A DNA stretch of 63,989 nt, the filler included, from Phoronis australis (taxonomy: Eukaryota; Animalia; Phoronida), in NCBI GenBank assembly GCA_002633005.1. It is 7 parts of 7 records of this genome, joined end to end, with 100 filler letters (N's around TTAATTAATTAA, not from the genome) between each part and the next. Parts side by side here need not be neighbours in the genome. Positions count along the whole stretch, not along the records: positions 1 to 12,221 come from NMRA01001126.1; positions 12,322 to 21,685 come from NMRA01001824.1; 5 more parts are not named here. One strand, 5' to 3'. Numbering within the stretch: the stretch's first letter is position 1; each line of letters opens with the position of its first letter. Shown in pieces: positions 1 to 13,932 of this stretch. The notes beneath the pieces were generated by a model that was not told the origin of the DNA, did no database searches, and worked only from the letters and a program-made list of their open reading frames with translations. The translations under genes and the position numbers were made by a program.

Positions 1-2699
1 AGATTAACCAGACTCTGGCTGGCGATTGACTGCCGCGAAGTCGACATCGGCGAGTGCCTCAGTTAACAGGCATCGGTAGAATAATCATGGAATAATCGTT
101 AAAATAATCACAAACCTTACCTTTGTATGAGGTCGTGCTTACTTCCTCTCACAGAAGCACCCTTTTTACGCAATCTCAGATTCAGCTGGCACGGCTGCAA
201 GCCATTTCACCATGTATTTAAAGGGCTCGCGAAATCGAGGCTGTTAATCTATCACCACTAGCACACGCACGCCCTCTAGTTATTGTAGATTTTCCGAATA
301 GCCCCATTGAACGTTTTGAATTCAATCAAAAATATATTCTGATATGGGTCACCAGTATCTGAATTCCGCTAGGCCTACGGGAACGACCCAAATCAGAATA
401 TTCTGACAGTAATACGAAACGTCGAAGTGCGCACTGCAGATCTTATTTGTAGCCAGCCAGCTAGCTGGTTGAAGACTGTCGCGAAAATACAGCTACGGAA
501 CAGTGTGAATTCAGCTCCGTTAGACCATAAAATTTCATACAGGCCGGGTATGAGTTCTGTTATTTTATTTATCTCGTCGTGAAACTTATATCGCAGAGCC
601 AACGACCGAAGGGGTGCATTCAAAATCTGGGAGACAATTCGGACACTCGGAACTCCCCTTGCCCGTTGCCAGCCGTTTAAGTGAAAAACAATCTAACGAA
701 CGTCATTTTCTAGCATAATTCTCCGCCTTTTGAGTTTTGTAAGAAAGAAAGTCTGTCGAAGTTTTGAAAACAGTACGCTCTTGACACACGAACGGGCCGT
801 CCTAATATTTTGCTACATTTCTTCGGACATGATAACAGCTTCGCAGCAGTAAAGTTTGTTCTACAATTCAGTTTGCTGTTTCTAAAAATACTAAAAACTT
901 TTAACGAAATGAAACCAGTTCCGACAATTTGTTGTGACATGTACGCAACCTCGTGGCAGGGAAGAACACTGAGTTGATAGAAGAATAAATGGGGGAAAAG
1001 AAACTGTTCAGATCACGTGGCGTAATCGCCAAAAGCCAATTCACAAGAGCGCACTTCAATTTTAGCAGTAGATGAGCGGGTAGAACGCCAATTTTTCCAA
1101 CACCGGTAAATAATTTGGTTTACTCAAAGAAGAGCAGAGTTAGTAGCTTTTAGTGACACTACTTTTGTGTCAGATTTTCTTTAGTCATTTTTACCCACAT
1201 CGGCGCAAAGGTGTAGATTTTGAATACAGCTTTGCACCAAGAAGACATCTTGCTGATTGGGAATTTTGTCGCCAGTCCTTGTCGTGTGTGGATACGAATC
1301 TATTCCACGCATGGCACACGACGGGATCGGCGGGGAAGTTGTGCAAATGTATGCCACGCAACGCGGCGTTTTAGCCCAGAGATCAACAAGCACGGAACGT
1401 CCTAGAAATGGTACTCAGCGGTTACGCTGTATGGCTTCAGAGTAATTTCTTGGCCACTTCACGCTGATTGGTTCTGTGGTTCTGGGGCACTGAAAGGGGC
1501 TACAGATTATGAGCGGTGTAATTTGCGTCGCAATTAATCAGTTTCTGTGGAATGTAAGAAGCAAAAACGATATTTTTATGAACAATACTTGCATTTCTGG
1601 TGTCAAAAAGGTGTTTTAGCCGCTAGAGGCTATCCCTAACATTTTGAAAAAAGCGCGGATCTGAGGCAAAGCTGCATTAGTACTATATCATAGAGGATAT
1701 ATTAACCTTGTTCTTATTACGCTATTACTTGTTAGCAAGTTAGAGCAATATCCAGAAACATGGTTTGGAAGACATTGAATTCAGTCACGGGGTCGATCGA
1801 GTGGTTTGTTTTCTAACGTTTTCAAGTTTTATAGTGAAAAACATCGTTTTAAGCCCCATATTGTAATTACTAAAGTTCCCTTTGCGTTTTTCCATTAATG
1901 GACTCTGGTTTTTGATTGCAGTTTATATATATTTTTTATTCAAATAAAAAGTCCTTGCATAGGTTGAACTTGCTCTGATATTTCTTGAACCATATGTAAG
2001 GAAAGTGTGTTCGGTGCAATTTAAGGATGGTATTGTTCAGTTTTGAATATTTATTGTGAACGTTTCCGTGTCTGGTCAGCACGCCATCGGGCAAATGGCC
2101 AAACGACAAGCTTTTGCCCCACTTCCGCTGACGTCACAGTTTAGTCTCACATAATCTGGCGCTATTGTTATAAACTCGCAAAAGGACTATTGGACATTAT
2201 GGTCCTTAGTGGGTGGTCTTTTCCCTCAGATGCCGCGTAACTGGCTAAACGCGTAAGCCACGCATACATCGTTATCAGCATTTGTAAGGAGTTTTCTGAT
2301 TTTCCTCAAAACTTTAGGGGGCTGTCGAGCCGTTACAGAGCATTATTTCGTTTCAGAGAACTGGATGGGAAAGTCGTTTTTAGTATCTACTAATAGGATA
2401 AAACCGGGTTTGGTATACTTTTAACTTGAAAGATTGACACCAGAGATGCAAGATTCAGAAGGTGACAAAACGAGGATTGGTGGAAATCATTACAGGGTTT
2501 ACTATCCTTTTAAAAGAATACGAATTACATAGGGATATTAATGAATTATTACCTAACTCTACGGAACTGGTGGAAACTAAATGTACTTAGAAGGCTACCC
2601 TGTCCCTGCCAGTCTTCACAAAGTCGAAAGGTTTGCAATGGTTACTAAATGAACAAAAAACAATATTTCATTCATGTCAGTTCCGACTCATTAGCAGAC

Positions 2700-3710
2700 A
2701 ATCAGAGTAATGAATTGTCGGAGTTGTGAAACTTCAGAGTAGTGGACTTTGCGAGAAGTGAACCTTCGGAATAGTGACACGTAACCTTGGAAATCTTTTG
2801 CATCAAGTTAGTTGCTCGTATGAAGTCTGCGAGGCTGTGCACCATTACCACAGATGGAAAAGGGAACATTTTCTTCTTTGACCAAAGATTCATTAGGTCT
2901 AGACCTGCTTTTCCCAAATACTGTGAACATGATCTTTTCCTCAGTGCAAGAACATACGATTGTAAGTGCCTGGTTTTTGTTTGAGCAACGACAGAAGACT
3001 GCTTATAGTGAACTTACCGTCTGCGTGTAGTGGATTTAAAAGAATGAAAACGCACACACGTGTACACGCACATGCATTTCAATCCACCAATCCACTATGA
3101 AAGTGGACACTGGATGAACAACAATCACCTTCAATTAGAAATTCGAAATGCCTGCACCTTTCCCTACTATGCTAGCAAGTACACCAAAATAGCAGATAAC
3201 ATATTTTCTGTGATCTTGTGTTTGTACGTGAAGCCGGGCTAGATACTATGTCAAAGAAATTTTGAAATAAGCGGTTGTAATTGGTTTTAATAGGTCAATG
3301 TTGAGATCGTCGGCAATAACAAATGCTTTTTTATCCGTACTCGATTGAATAATGATATTGGTATAGTCATCTACGAAAAATTGCACGTACTTGTCTTTAT
3401 TTGTGGGGATCTTTTTGCAATAGCTGTATGTATGCCGCGTATCTTGAAATGATAAGGTAAGCATTCATAAGATTTGAAATTTAGTGAAATGTCATTTTTA
3501 TTACAAACAAGCTTTTTTATGGTGTATGTCCATGTAACAAATCCTTCACGAGAAGTAAAATCTGGTGAGTAACTTTTAAAGTGTTGTCATACTTGTCGAA
3601 ATTAAATAGCGAGCCGTCGTCCTTTTTGCAGTCACCAAGCTGTGCGTCCCACGGAAGACAATGCACAAAGCAAGTCAGTGTGAAGAAAAATAGACGATAG
3701 TGGTTCAAAT
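2700..3710 (-). mobile_element. Highly decayed LINE APE-endonuclease region
   Basis: FVIADDLNIDLLK resembles the GDFNIDLL motif, with flanking remnants at plausible spacing. Confidence 0.5.
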
Positions 3711-4809
3711 TTACGAACCCGACACAATGTGGTGGACGAGTGAAATTCCTTAATTCAAAGTTGCGTAGACATTGGGAAATGTAGTTTTTATTAGTTATGC
3801 TGTGCAGAAGTCAGAAATCATATGATGATTAAACATTTCTTATTTTAACCATGATGAAATCACTTGAAATTTGTTAATTTCAGGATTTCATTTGTGCGAA
3901 ACAAGCAAAGAATTATATAGCATGCGCTTTGACGCGAACAAGTCTTCCAGAAATACATGGAAATTCGTATAGTCTCGTTACATTACGGTTAGTAATGGAT
4001 TTTGAAAGCGTAAAGTACCAGCCTGAGACAACCATTCAGTTATACGTAACCTTCTGCGATACATGTACTTACCAACAGCAGAAACCAGTAGGCCTATCAC
4101 AAATGTTACAGTCACCAAGAAATGAAACCCAAGGAATGCCATAGTTCTTATCAATTCCAATAAAGGCGATACTCTGCCAAGTGCATGCAGACACGAGACC
4201 TACATGTATAAATTGGTATCAGCAAAGCGTAATGGCCGTCACGTGATATCAGACAATATCAAAATTATTGACAGCGAGCTTGATATAGGAATAACACTGA
4301 ACGGGATTTAATGAAGGAATGAAGGGGCAAGATCAAAGAAATTGAATGTCATAAATGACAAAATCCGAGAATGTCACACTTGGGTGTAGGACTTTGTCCC
4401 AAGGATACGAACGGAACGTAATAAAGACTGTTAATAACGAAAAGTGCCGTGTATTTAATAAATTTTGCATATCAGAAAACTTGCTTCCATAGTACAGCCA
4501 TTTGTATTACTGATTATGTATTTGTTGTTGGAATTCTTCCAAATGAATGGACGACATTGATACTCGTAGCAGTTTTCATAGGAGTTACACACATACCCAG
4601 TAATCTAAGGGAATATGTTTAATTCAAATTGGAAGAAATTTTTTAGAAAGGATAATTTGTTTTTAATTTCAAAATCGGCGGAAAGTAATCATTAGTAAGT
4701 CTCAAGCTGTATTTCAAGCAATTTTTAGCATGATAGGTCATTATTTTGTGTTTGATACTTTAATTACTTTATACACTGTACATGTGCGCAACGAATCAGA
4801 AAACTAGAT

Positions 4810-5680
4810 TTGTTGTGCGGTCCTATTTCAAGTGTGCGTTTGATTGTACTTATAGGGGACACATTTATTTTTTAAGCTGAGACGTCACAAGATTGAGGGA
4901 GGAACGTACCTAATACTTCGATCCGTGTAATACCAAGTGCAAACTTGCGTTTGTCAGTGTGATATTCACATTATACATGCACGAATAAACAGACTGTTCC
5001 AGCAGAATCGAACAGTGGACATAGTTATCGCCATTTATGTTTATTCGTTTTACTAATGACTTGGAACATGAACTGAAAGATTCAGGTGTACATAGGATAT
5101 CTTGGAATGTTAGTGTTGTTTGTTGATGACTTAATTCTTTTGTCATTTAGTGTAGTCTACCTACAGAGAAAACTTGGTGCGCTGTATAACTGCCAAACTT
5201 GAAATCTAGTAGTTAATTTACTAAAAACAAAAAGTATTGATTTTAGTGAAGGCGGCATTGTCAAAACGAGTGAAATGTGGTTTTATGGTGGAGATCCAAC
5301 TAACGCTGTGAAAGTGTACATGTATATATAAAATGGCGTTACCTTTGCTTCTGTGGGAATTTGGGGCTTGGCCCAAACACACATAGTGATACACTACAAT
5401 AGGAAAACCAATTTGTAGTTTGAGGAACTGTTCAAAAGTTACTATTCGTTGTCAAGCAATCTTAACGTTGGTTGATAATAGCTTCCTAGCAATAATACAT
5501 TTTGGTTATAAAATGTGAGTGTTTAATAATGGTGGGGAAGTTGAGAAAGTGCATTTAAAATACTGTAAAGAAATGCCAAAGTCATCGGTTGAGGATGTCA
5601 TGAGAAGTAGATTCGGAAGGTAGTCGCTACGGACAGAAGGATTCCGAAGAAAAACCAGGTACGGACTAAAAATACACTAA
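4810..5680 (+). mobile_element. Decayed LINE reverse-transcriptase fragment (RTE-X-like)
   Basis: Broken reading frames give FKCAFD, LSPFMF...NDL, LFVDDLILLS...LQRKL...LVVNLLKTKVLIFSEGG and EKVHLKYCK. Confidence 0.75.
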
Positions 5681-5729
5681 AACCTGTTTTGACGATTTCA
5701 CTCAATCTTCGTTCTGTCACCTGCTAATG

Positions 5730-6180
5730 CATAATTGGCGCGAATCTTCAGAGATCAAGGTAAGAATCAATTAAAAACTCATAGTCCCCATGTCTCAAAC
5801 TGGGTATTATTGTTGTTAGTAGGTGGTCTTTCTCCACAGTTGCTATGCAAATTGCTAAAAGCGTGGGTCATGCTCGCCCATTTTGTAGACTTCGAAAGGA
5901 GTTCCAAAATTTCCTCAAAACTTTTGATTGTAGTGCATTATGCAATTTCAGGGAATTGAATGAGAATATCGTTTTTAAAATCTATTATTAGGACAAAACC
6001 GGGATTGGTATCCTCTTAAAAAGAATACTAGACCCGGGTTTGGCCTATTAACAGATACATGTACTAACAATGACTTTCCCATCCAGTTCTCTGAAACAAA
6101 GTACATGTAATGCTCTGTAGCTCTCGACAACCGTAAGAAATTTGGAGGAAATTTTAAAAAATCCTTTCAAATTCTGCGAA
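5730..6180. repeat. Two termini of one TTAA-ending repeat family joined tail-to-tail; third copy at 2140-2424
   Basis: 5730-6019 resembles 2140-2424 in direct orientation; 6016-6180 resembles the reverse complement of 2280-2424. The junction is TTAA at 6016-6019. Confidence 0.65.
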
Positions 6181-9100
6181 ACTGACAAGTATGACATACT
6201 ACGCTTTTAGCGAATTACTCAATAATCTTTTTGCTGGGCCAATAGCCCTTAAAGTGAACTCTGCAATGCTAACAATTTGTTTCGTTGAAATTTATTAAAT
6301 ATGATCAGAACAAAATTAGCTTAGTTGCACTTTGTGCAATTTTGAGCACTTATTGTAATTCAAGATAGCGGATGCTGCCATTTTGAATTGTGGCTCACTA
6401 TGTTTTTTCAACTTGATGACTAACAGGGTCGTGTAATTCATTCTTTATACCATTTTTGGTGATGAGGAGTTCATTTCTGATGATGTTTTATTTATGCGGG
6501 GTCATTTTCTAAGTCAAAACAGATGTCGAATTCCAAAACTGCCTAACAGCCTTCTGGTATTTAGTTTTAATCTCATTATTTTTTCACTTTATTAATTAAG
6601 CACTTCAACATATATTTTCAAAATGCTGATTATTGCATACTATAGTGGGCTAAACATTTTGTTCTTGAGTTTCATGAGGGTTGTACCGGCACACTAAAGA
6701 AAGCATCTGGCATGCAAATGCTGATCATCTCATCAGCTGCTGGAGCCTCCAATATGGTTACTGCACTCTTCTCAAATAAAAACACTACTTCAAAGAAACA
6801 CACGCCTCTTTCAAATATGAACATGAGTGTTTCCTTTTATAGCATTGATATGATACATTTTCTTTTCGTCTAACGAACTTTAAAGTCCTTCTCTCACGCG
6901 TTGTTAACCCTTATTACATGGTTAGAAGATGTTATAAGGATCCAAGAAGTACCTACCCCATAACTAATACACGATCCGTACTCGAAAACAGTTTAAATGA
7001 ACGCGCCACTCACGATTCGCACCCGAAAAAACACCGCCATTTTGAACTTGCCGCGAACCCGGAAGTACAATTCATTCAGGAACCCAGGCCGAGAAAACGC
7101 CGTCAGTGCGACTGGAGCAGTGCCTGTACTGTTACCAGCCAGCAAACGGGGATAAAAAAAATCGACAGCGCGCCTTAATTTTGATAAAATCAAACTACGG
7201 ACAATTTTATGGAATTTGCTGAAGAAATGTGGCGAATAAATTTTGACAGAAATTATTTTGCCAGACTCGGGACCGCAGCCTATCGGACCCGGTGCGGATC
7301 GAGACCAGACACTGGCGAACGGTAAATGCATGCGGTTGCAAGCTGTTTTGTCGAAGTAAAATGGTCAAATGATAAATGCTGCATATATTCAAGGGTAGTT
7401 TCAGACACTTGCATGAAATTACGGGCTGGTTAGTCCTGTGTCACACTGCTGGCCACAAACACAAAAAACACGAAAATTGAACAAAGTTTCTTTTTTGTAG
7501 CAACGTTTGTCAAAATGTATCAACGTTAAATCTTCACAAATTACAAAGTAGCCGATTGAACATGCCTTTCAGTTCAGCAAAAGTCGACATTGTAGGTGCC
7601 GCCAGAAATGAGACGATCGAAGTCCAACGGGAATTGTGAGCACATTTATCACTTAATGAGTAACAACTGCGAGGCTGAAATTTGGTGAACACTGCTAAAT
7701 CGTGCAGAATAGTAAGTAAAGATATGTCTAACTAAATTTTACCGTAATTTGTTGGCGAAAACAATTTACACAAAGTTTTAAACTCGTAACTCATCCCGCT
7801 GTCCTCCAATATGGCCGACGCGATCCAAACAAAGTGACCCAAATTTCGCCACAAAACTTGCAATAACTTTACAGTGCTTGCCCCGATTTTGATACTTTTT
7901 CGATTTTTACTGAGTAGAATGTACTACCTTTCCGATGATAGCAAAGTACTTTTTCAAAACGAGGAAAAAAATAAAACCGAAAAAAAATTGGTTCGACCCA
8001 TATTGGTTCCTAGGTTCGACCGGCCTACGTAAGGAACTAAACACCAATGCTATTTTAACATACTAAGTACGCGTAACATTCCAAAAAAATCAACGACCAC
8101 TAACTACAAACTATAAATACACTACATATGCAAACGAATCACGATATATTACTAATAAAACAAAATAATGAAGACTTTTCGAGCAAGCCATAGCACATTC
8201 AGTTACAAGGAAAAAATGGCGGCGTTCAGGACAAGTTCCTGAACTGATGAGCCGGAAATGTGGGTACGGAAATAACCGATGACAACCGGTAATCATACGC
8301 TCAGAGAGAAGGGTCAAATACTGTTAAAAAATCGCTTTTGGCAAGAAAAGCGAAAAGAATATAAAGAAAGGGTGTCGAAAATAAGAATTTATGTAGTAAG
8401 TATTTTCGGATACTGGAACCACATGGGCAGTTTGCAAGAAGGACTTTGAGGAAGAAACGATTCAAGAGCTGTTAACTACAAGACAGTAGAAAAGGGCCGA
8501 AATGTCATTGGAATTCATTGCCCGAAATTTATTTTTGTGTGGGTATAACTATTTTGTTAGTAAGTAAGAAATTAATAACCCATTCCTGAAACTGGGAGAA
8601 AATTCAGGAAGATCGAGTAAAAAATAAAAACCCTTTCGTAGTAACGGTTTTTTCGAAGTAGTGGGCCCTCGGAGTAGCCGGGTTTTCTTCGGAGTAATGG
8701 GCTTTCGGAGGTAGGGGATCCTCGGAGTGGTGACCTGTTACTCTCCAGCATAGTCGACGGAAAGGCTAGGCCGATGTTCTGTAGGTATTCAATCTCATCA
8801 CAGCCATGTTTTACTCAATTTCTACTCAAATGGGACCAAGTCTTACGAAGAGCTGGTTTGGCTGGAGATGGTTAATAATCACCCATATCGGTAGATTGTC
8901 TTTTTAAGTCACCACTGCTGTCTCTCGTGGTTCTGCCTTAGATTATTCCTTCAACAACCCCGTCTCAAGGACATATTTCTTCGCAGCAGGTAACCATAAT
9001 TGTATACGGTACATGTGCTGTGTTAAACAGTTTTCAAAATAAACCGAACAACGGGGAAACGCTTTTCGACTAGAATCCGACGGTGTCTTCATAAACATTG

Positions 9101-9269
9101 TCGTAATTTCTATAATTTTCACGTAAATCCATTCATAGTTAAACAATAAAAGATTCGGCGCAATAGCGTCAACTTAAACTCCGACAAAAATTCGATGAAC
9201 GTGCGACAAATGTTAAAGTTGCAAACATTTCTGTCAAGAAGTTTATCGAATTTTACTTCGAAGTTCACT

Positions 9270-10600
9270 GTGTGTGGAGCACCTAAGGTCAAGAAAGTTC
9301 TACTCGAAGTTGTGCACAGCTGTCGACACTTGGATGACAAGATTGCATTACCAGCTGGCCAATTCGAAGAGCAGACATACCGTATATCAAATTAGTAAAA
9401 AATTTTGGGGTTATAAAAGGTGTTTTAAGGAGAGCCGACCAAGTGGCCGTGTGGGTGAAGAGTTTCAGTGGATTTTCCCACCTTGATACTGCCATGGAGG
9501 ACATACATTGTATGTCATGTGGAGTGAAGGTGGCGAAAAGCAGACGTCACGTAGTGGAGTGACAGGAAAAGACTAAGCACAAGAAGGAAGGAGTTGATCT
9601 GGACGAGGACGACTACAGAAAGTTTGCAGAGGAGATAGAGAAGCACAGACAGCCGCTCACTGACCAGCAGTCCATAACATTTGTAATCGTCAAGTAGTTA
9701 CTGTTTGTTCAGATCGAGCTGGACATTGGGTATGAGAAGAGCAGTCAGTTCTTTAGTTTCTGTAAGCAGTGAATGTTACAAAGCCATTGAGAAAAATTGA
9801 AAATGTCGCAGTTGTGGAAGCAGCCTGTACTGTCAAAGGACGAACATGGCGTTGAAACGTTGTTCAGTTGCCTGTTAATCGTAGGACAGTAATGTACAAG
9901 TAACGTAGCTGATGTATTTAAGTATGAACTAATGAGTCCACTCCCTACAGCCTATATCGACAGATACGGCAGTTTGAGAAAGGGTGACAAAGCCACATTG
10001 GTCAAATCTCTCCGCGTATGACCCAAGTCATTCTACCCAGGGCGTGGTGTTGATTGCTGTTGTTACAGCTTTTGTACCAGGTCGTTTGGAGTGTTTACGG
10101 ATCTACCGGAGATTGACGGCACTCTACTAGCCCTCTGGTCTGCCGCTTGTTACAACAACATTCCCTTTGCAAGATATGACCACAAAGATCCCTATACAAA
10201 GGACCATGAGACGAAAATATGTGGAAAAGTTGAGGGAGCACTGCTTATCCCAAACATCTCTCTTTTACCGAGAAACTGTTCTAATTAAGGCTTTGTTTAA
10301 CAACCTTCTGTGTGTATGCAGCTATCTCCTTCTATTCAACATCGAGCGGGTCAAGAAGAGCCACTGTGTAGTTACATGTACACATGCTGAGGCAGACATT
10401 GTATAGGTAAATGTTTAAAGTGGCGAAAGAAGGCACCCAAACCATCATAATCCCTAGTGACAACACTGTCATCTCCGTGCTCTTGGTTTATGGGACGTCA
10501 TAGATGCCAGCTCACGCCAAGACTTAAATGGAGAAGGGGAATGATAGTATTTCGGACAAAATGGAACAAATCAGAGTGTTGGCTTCAACAAGTGAGGTCA
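9270..10600 (+). pseudogene. Decayed Academ-like (XPG/FEN nuclease-bearing) transposon ORF
   Basis: Broken frames give QFEEQTY, YELMSPLPTAYIDRYGSLRKGDKATLV, QLLYQVVW, FARYD...KDHE, HAEADI and SDNTVISVLLVY (resembling the HEEAD and SDDTDV motifs). Confidence 0.55.
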
Positions 10601-13600
10601 GAAGACGTAAGGGAAGTTTAATTTATAGTAAGTTACAAAAGCCATAGTTTATGAGTTTTCACCTGACTGAATAGTGATGGCCATCTTAGCCTTCGTATAT
10701 GTAACTTGTACCAGGAAGAGATAACCAGGAAGGGACAACTAGCTAAACCGCCGTTTTTGGCCTCCTTCCCCGGACTAATTTCAGGACTTAAGTTTCGTTT
10801 AAAAGGAAATAGATGATTTTATCAGAGAGATTAAAGATTTTTCTGTAGAAGGATATCAAAAAACTCACTTTTCAACCTTAAACAGAGGTGTAATTGTACT
10901 TTGAAAATATCGACTTCAGCGCACGCAATCGCAATTTCCCACACGAAGTCACGGGTATTTAAGCTTTTCCGTCGATGTATAGATGGCGCAGTAGTCAAGT
11001 CCTCCCTCATTTGCATATCAAATTTGCATGTGGGAGTTCTGAGACTCTCGTCAGTTTAGTTGTTGTCGACCGCTTGAGTGCATAAAGCGGTGACCTCCCG
11101 CTGAGAGCACGCGCTGATGAAGATACCACAGCTAACTCGATCGCTTTGCAATCAGGAGGTGAAAACACTCTTATGACCGCAGTTCTGAATTCCAGCTAAG
11201 CAAGCCCTATTTCGAGGAGCGGATTTGAACTGGTTTCGTCCCCAGACTGTGGACTGCGGAGATGAGAATGAGGTCAACATCGAACTTTCTGCGGCTACCT
11301 ATTGTGTTGAAAGTTTGAAGTGTCAGAACCATAGACGGAGCGCGCGGGATGTCTATGATTTCTGTTCTTCTTCAGTTGGCGAAAACATTGCTATCGGCAT
11401 AAAGAATGATCGTGGGTTATTCATTTTGAGTTGGACACCTGTATCCAAGAATAAATATTAATACTCTGAAATATCTCACCCTCCGCGTTTCGTTTCTTTG
11501 ACGTTCTTTGAGGTTGCGGTATCGTGAAACAACGCCGTCGGGTGAGAGAAGTTGCACCGAGTAACTGGAATTGGCTGCAGTTCTTTCCTTTAGAATGCCC
11601 GGACTCAACTGTGTCATTTTCTTGGCATGTCTCTTGCCTGCCGAAATCTTTCTGAGCATTGAAGACCTCGGCCTTTTCCTGCGCCAATCAACCTTTTATC
11701 TGCTACAGAAATGCTATGCCTAATTTCCTACCATTTTAGCACACTTTGTGACTCTGCTACAGTTAGCACTGTCATAATCGTATTTCTTAATTCCGCCACA
11801 GTATGCATACTTGGAAATTAGTTTTGCAAGTGTTTTTCCAAATTTAGCCACAACAGTTGTTCATCATCAAATGCCTCAGATTCCTCGACGCAATGGACAT
11901 TTCCGTCAACACAAAACGCACCCTTGCCATTCTTAAAAAATCGTACATATGTGCTATAATTGCTTCGAAGGACCGGCAGTAACCGTGGCTGGAATGTCTG
12001 CAGCTTCGCGACTAAGTCTACTGCAAACTCCTGTTGAAATTCTCCATACTTCAAAATTCTTGTTTGCAGGTGCTGATAATTGCGTTCAATGGTTTTCATA
12101 ATAAGAGACTAAAAAGCACACACGCCCACTGGCCTGCTGCCTTACATTTTCACTGGTCACCTTGCTACAGTCGACTTGCGCGATAGCCGAATTAGTGTCC
12201 ATATTTGTGATCACGCGCCGGNNNNNNNNNNNNNNNNNNNNNNNNNNNNNNNNNNNNNNNNNNNNTTAATTAATTAANNNNNNNNNNNNNNNNNNNNNNN
12301 NNNNNNNNNNNNNNNNNNNNNTAGCCACGCATGCGCAATTCAATCACCACTAGTACAGCAGCGACACCCCGAGGAGAATTCTCCGAATAGCCCCATTGAA
12401 GACGTCTATAACGTTCAGTTGTCGTAGGTTAGTTGTCAGCAGGGACTCAGTGAAAAGGGCACTCGGCTTTGAACCTAGGAACCAGTACTGGTTCCGAGTT
12501 TGAACTAAGGCGTGGTATTTTACAGATGTGACTCGGGCATTTTGTTTTGCAATTTGTGTATTTCTTGAATTTAGTTGTAACTATAAGTGCATCTTTAGCT
12601 AACATTTTAGACAGACTTTTTTTCTGTACAGATTTCATGAAACAATAACACCAGGATTTTCTGTAGATAAGCCCATGCGTGTGTATTCGGAAAATGAAAA
12701 TTTTCAGGTGTTTTAGTAACATCAAATAAACGCCCAGGCATTTATTCAGAAAAGGGGAACGTGTAAACGGAACACCATAGTTTTCCTGACTTAATAAGTT
12801 TTTTACTTAAAACTGTGTTTTTAAATTTTATGTTAATAAATGCATAGTTCGCAAACACCTCGTTCCTTTTTGTAACTGATAAATGCTCCTCAAAACTGAA
12901 TTTGTGACACCAGAAGTTGTAACACAAAATAAATACACATGGGCGTTTATTGGGCAAAATTTTCATGGGGTGGGCTTAAATACGGACAATCTCAGTATTA
13001 CGTCCATGACTTCCAATAATAACCATTGCCATAAAACTTCTTGCCATTTTCCAAAGGAGGCCCAGTGGCTACAACAGTTGTGTCCCATGGCATCAAATGT
13101 ACTTAAACAAAACATGCTATGAACAAAACTGTCTTCTATTCTAACTCTGTGAGAGTTGGGAATATCATATGCCAAACGAACAAGAGGACTCTGAGGAAAC
13201 CAGAATTGGCACAAGTTATTTTTATTCAATAACGCTCACACTAATAACACCTATATCAACACAATAGTACCAACTCTCACCAGTCAGTCATCTGCAATGG
13301 AGTTCCCATTTTGACAAATACACCTACAAATACATCTTCTTATTGTTACCCTGCTAAAATTAACTTTGACAGAACCTCGTGCAAAACTGAAGCAATTACT
13401 CACGTTGAGAAGAAGACAGCAGAAATCATGGTATGGCTTCTCATCAGTGTGCATGCAGTATCCATGCTATCTAAAGGCTTCATACAAGTGTCGTCAACCA
13501 TTTTTGGCACGATTTTACAAAAATAATCAAAGCCTAACATTTTCCATGTCGAATTATAACAAGAAACAATTTCTCCATCCACAGCAAGTCAATGAGAGTC

Positions 13601-13674
13601 TCTGAACTGTGCAAATGCTTGTTAAATAAGCTTAAATTTCCTTGGAAACATTACCCAGACTGCATGGGTCCTTA

Positions 13675-13932
13675 CTAACAACCAGCAAATGCTCGTGTGT
13701 GACTAAGCAGACCACATCCTCGACTTAAGCATTTTGTACAAACGTAACACATAGATGACTTCTCACCAATGTGCAGTCTACCAAATGTGAAAGACTTGCT
13801 ATAAGTAGAACACACCTTTCTCATCAATGTGCGGTATAATGTGACACATGTATAGTTTCTCACCAGTGCACGGAAAACTATCACTAATAAGACATTTGTC
13901 ACCTTTGAGACACATCCATCAGCAGCACATAA
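13675..13932 (-). pseudogene. Decayed zinc fingers downstream of the ZNF stop codon
   Basis: The same frame stays open after the TGA and contains HIGEKSSMCYVCTKCLSRGCGLLSHTRAF. Confidence 0.7.

Noticed and set aside
700-1600. Cys-containing short ORFs resembling ZAD or KolX fragments
   Set aside because: Similarity is too weak and fragmented to support by eye.
12222-12321. TTAATTAATTAA motif recurring inside N runs (six places)
   Set aside because: Artificial scaffolding linker with stops in all frames, not biological; adjacency across these gaps is uncertain.
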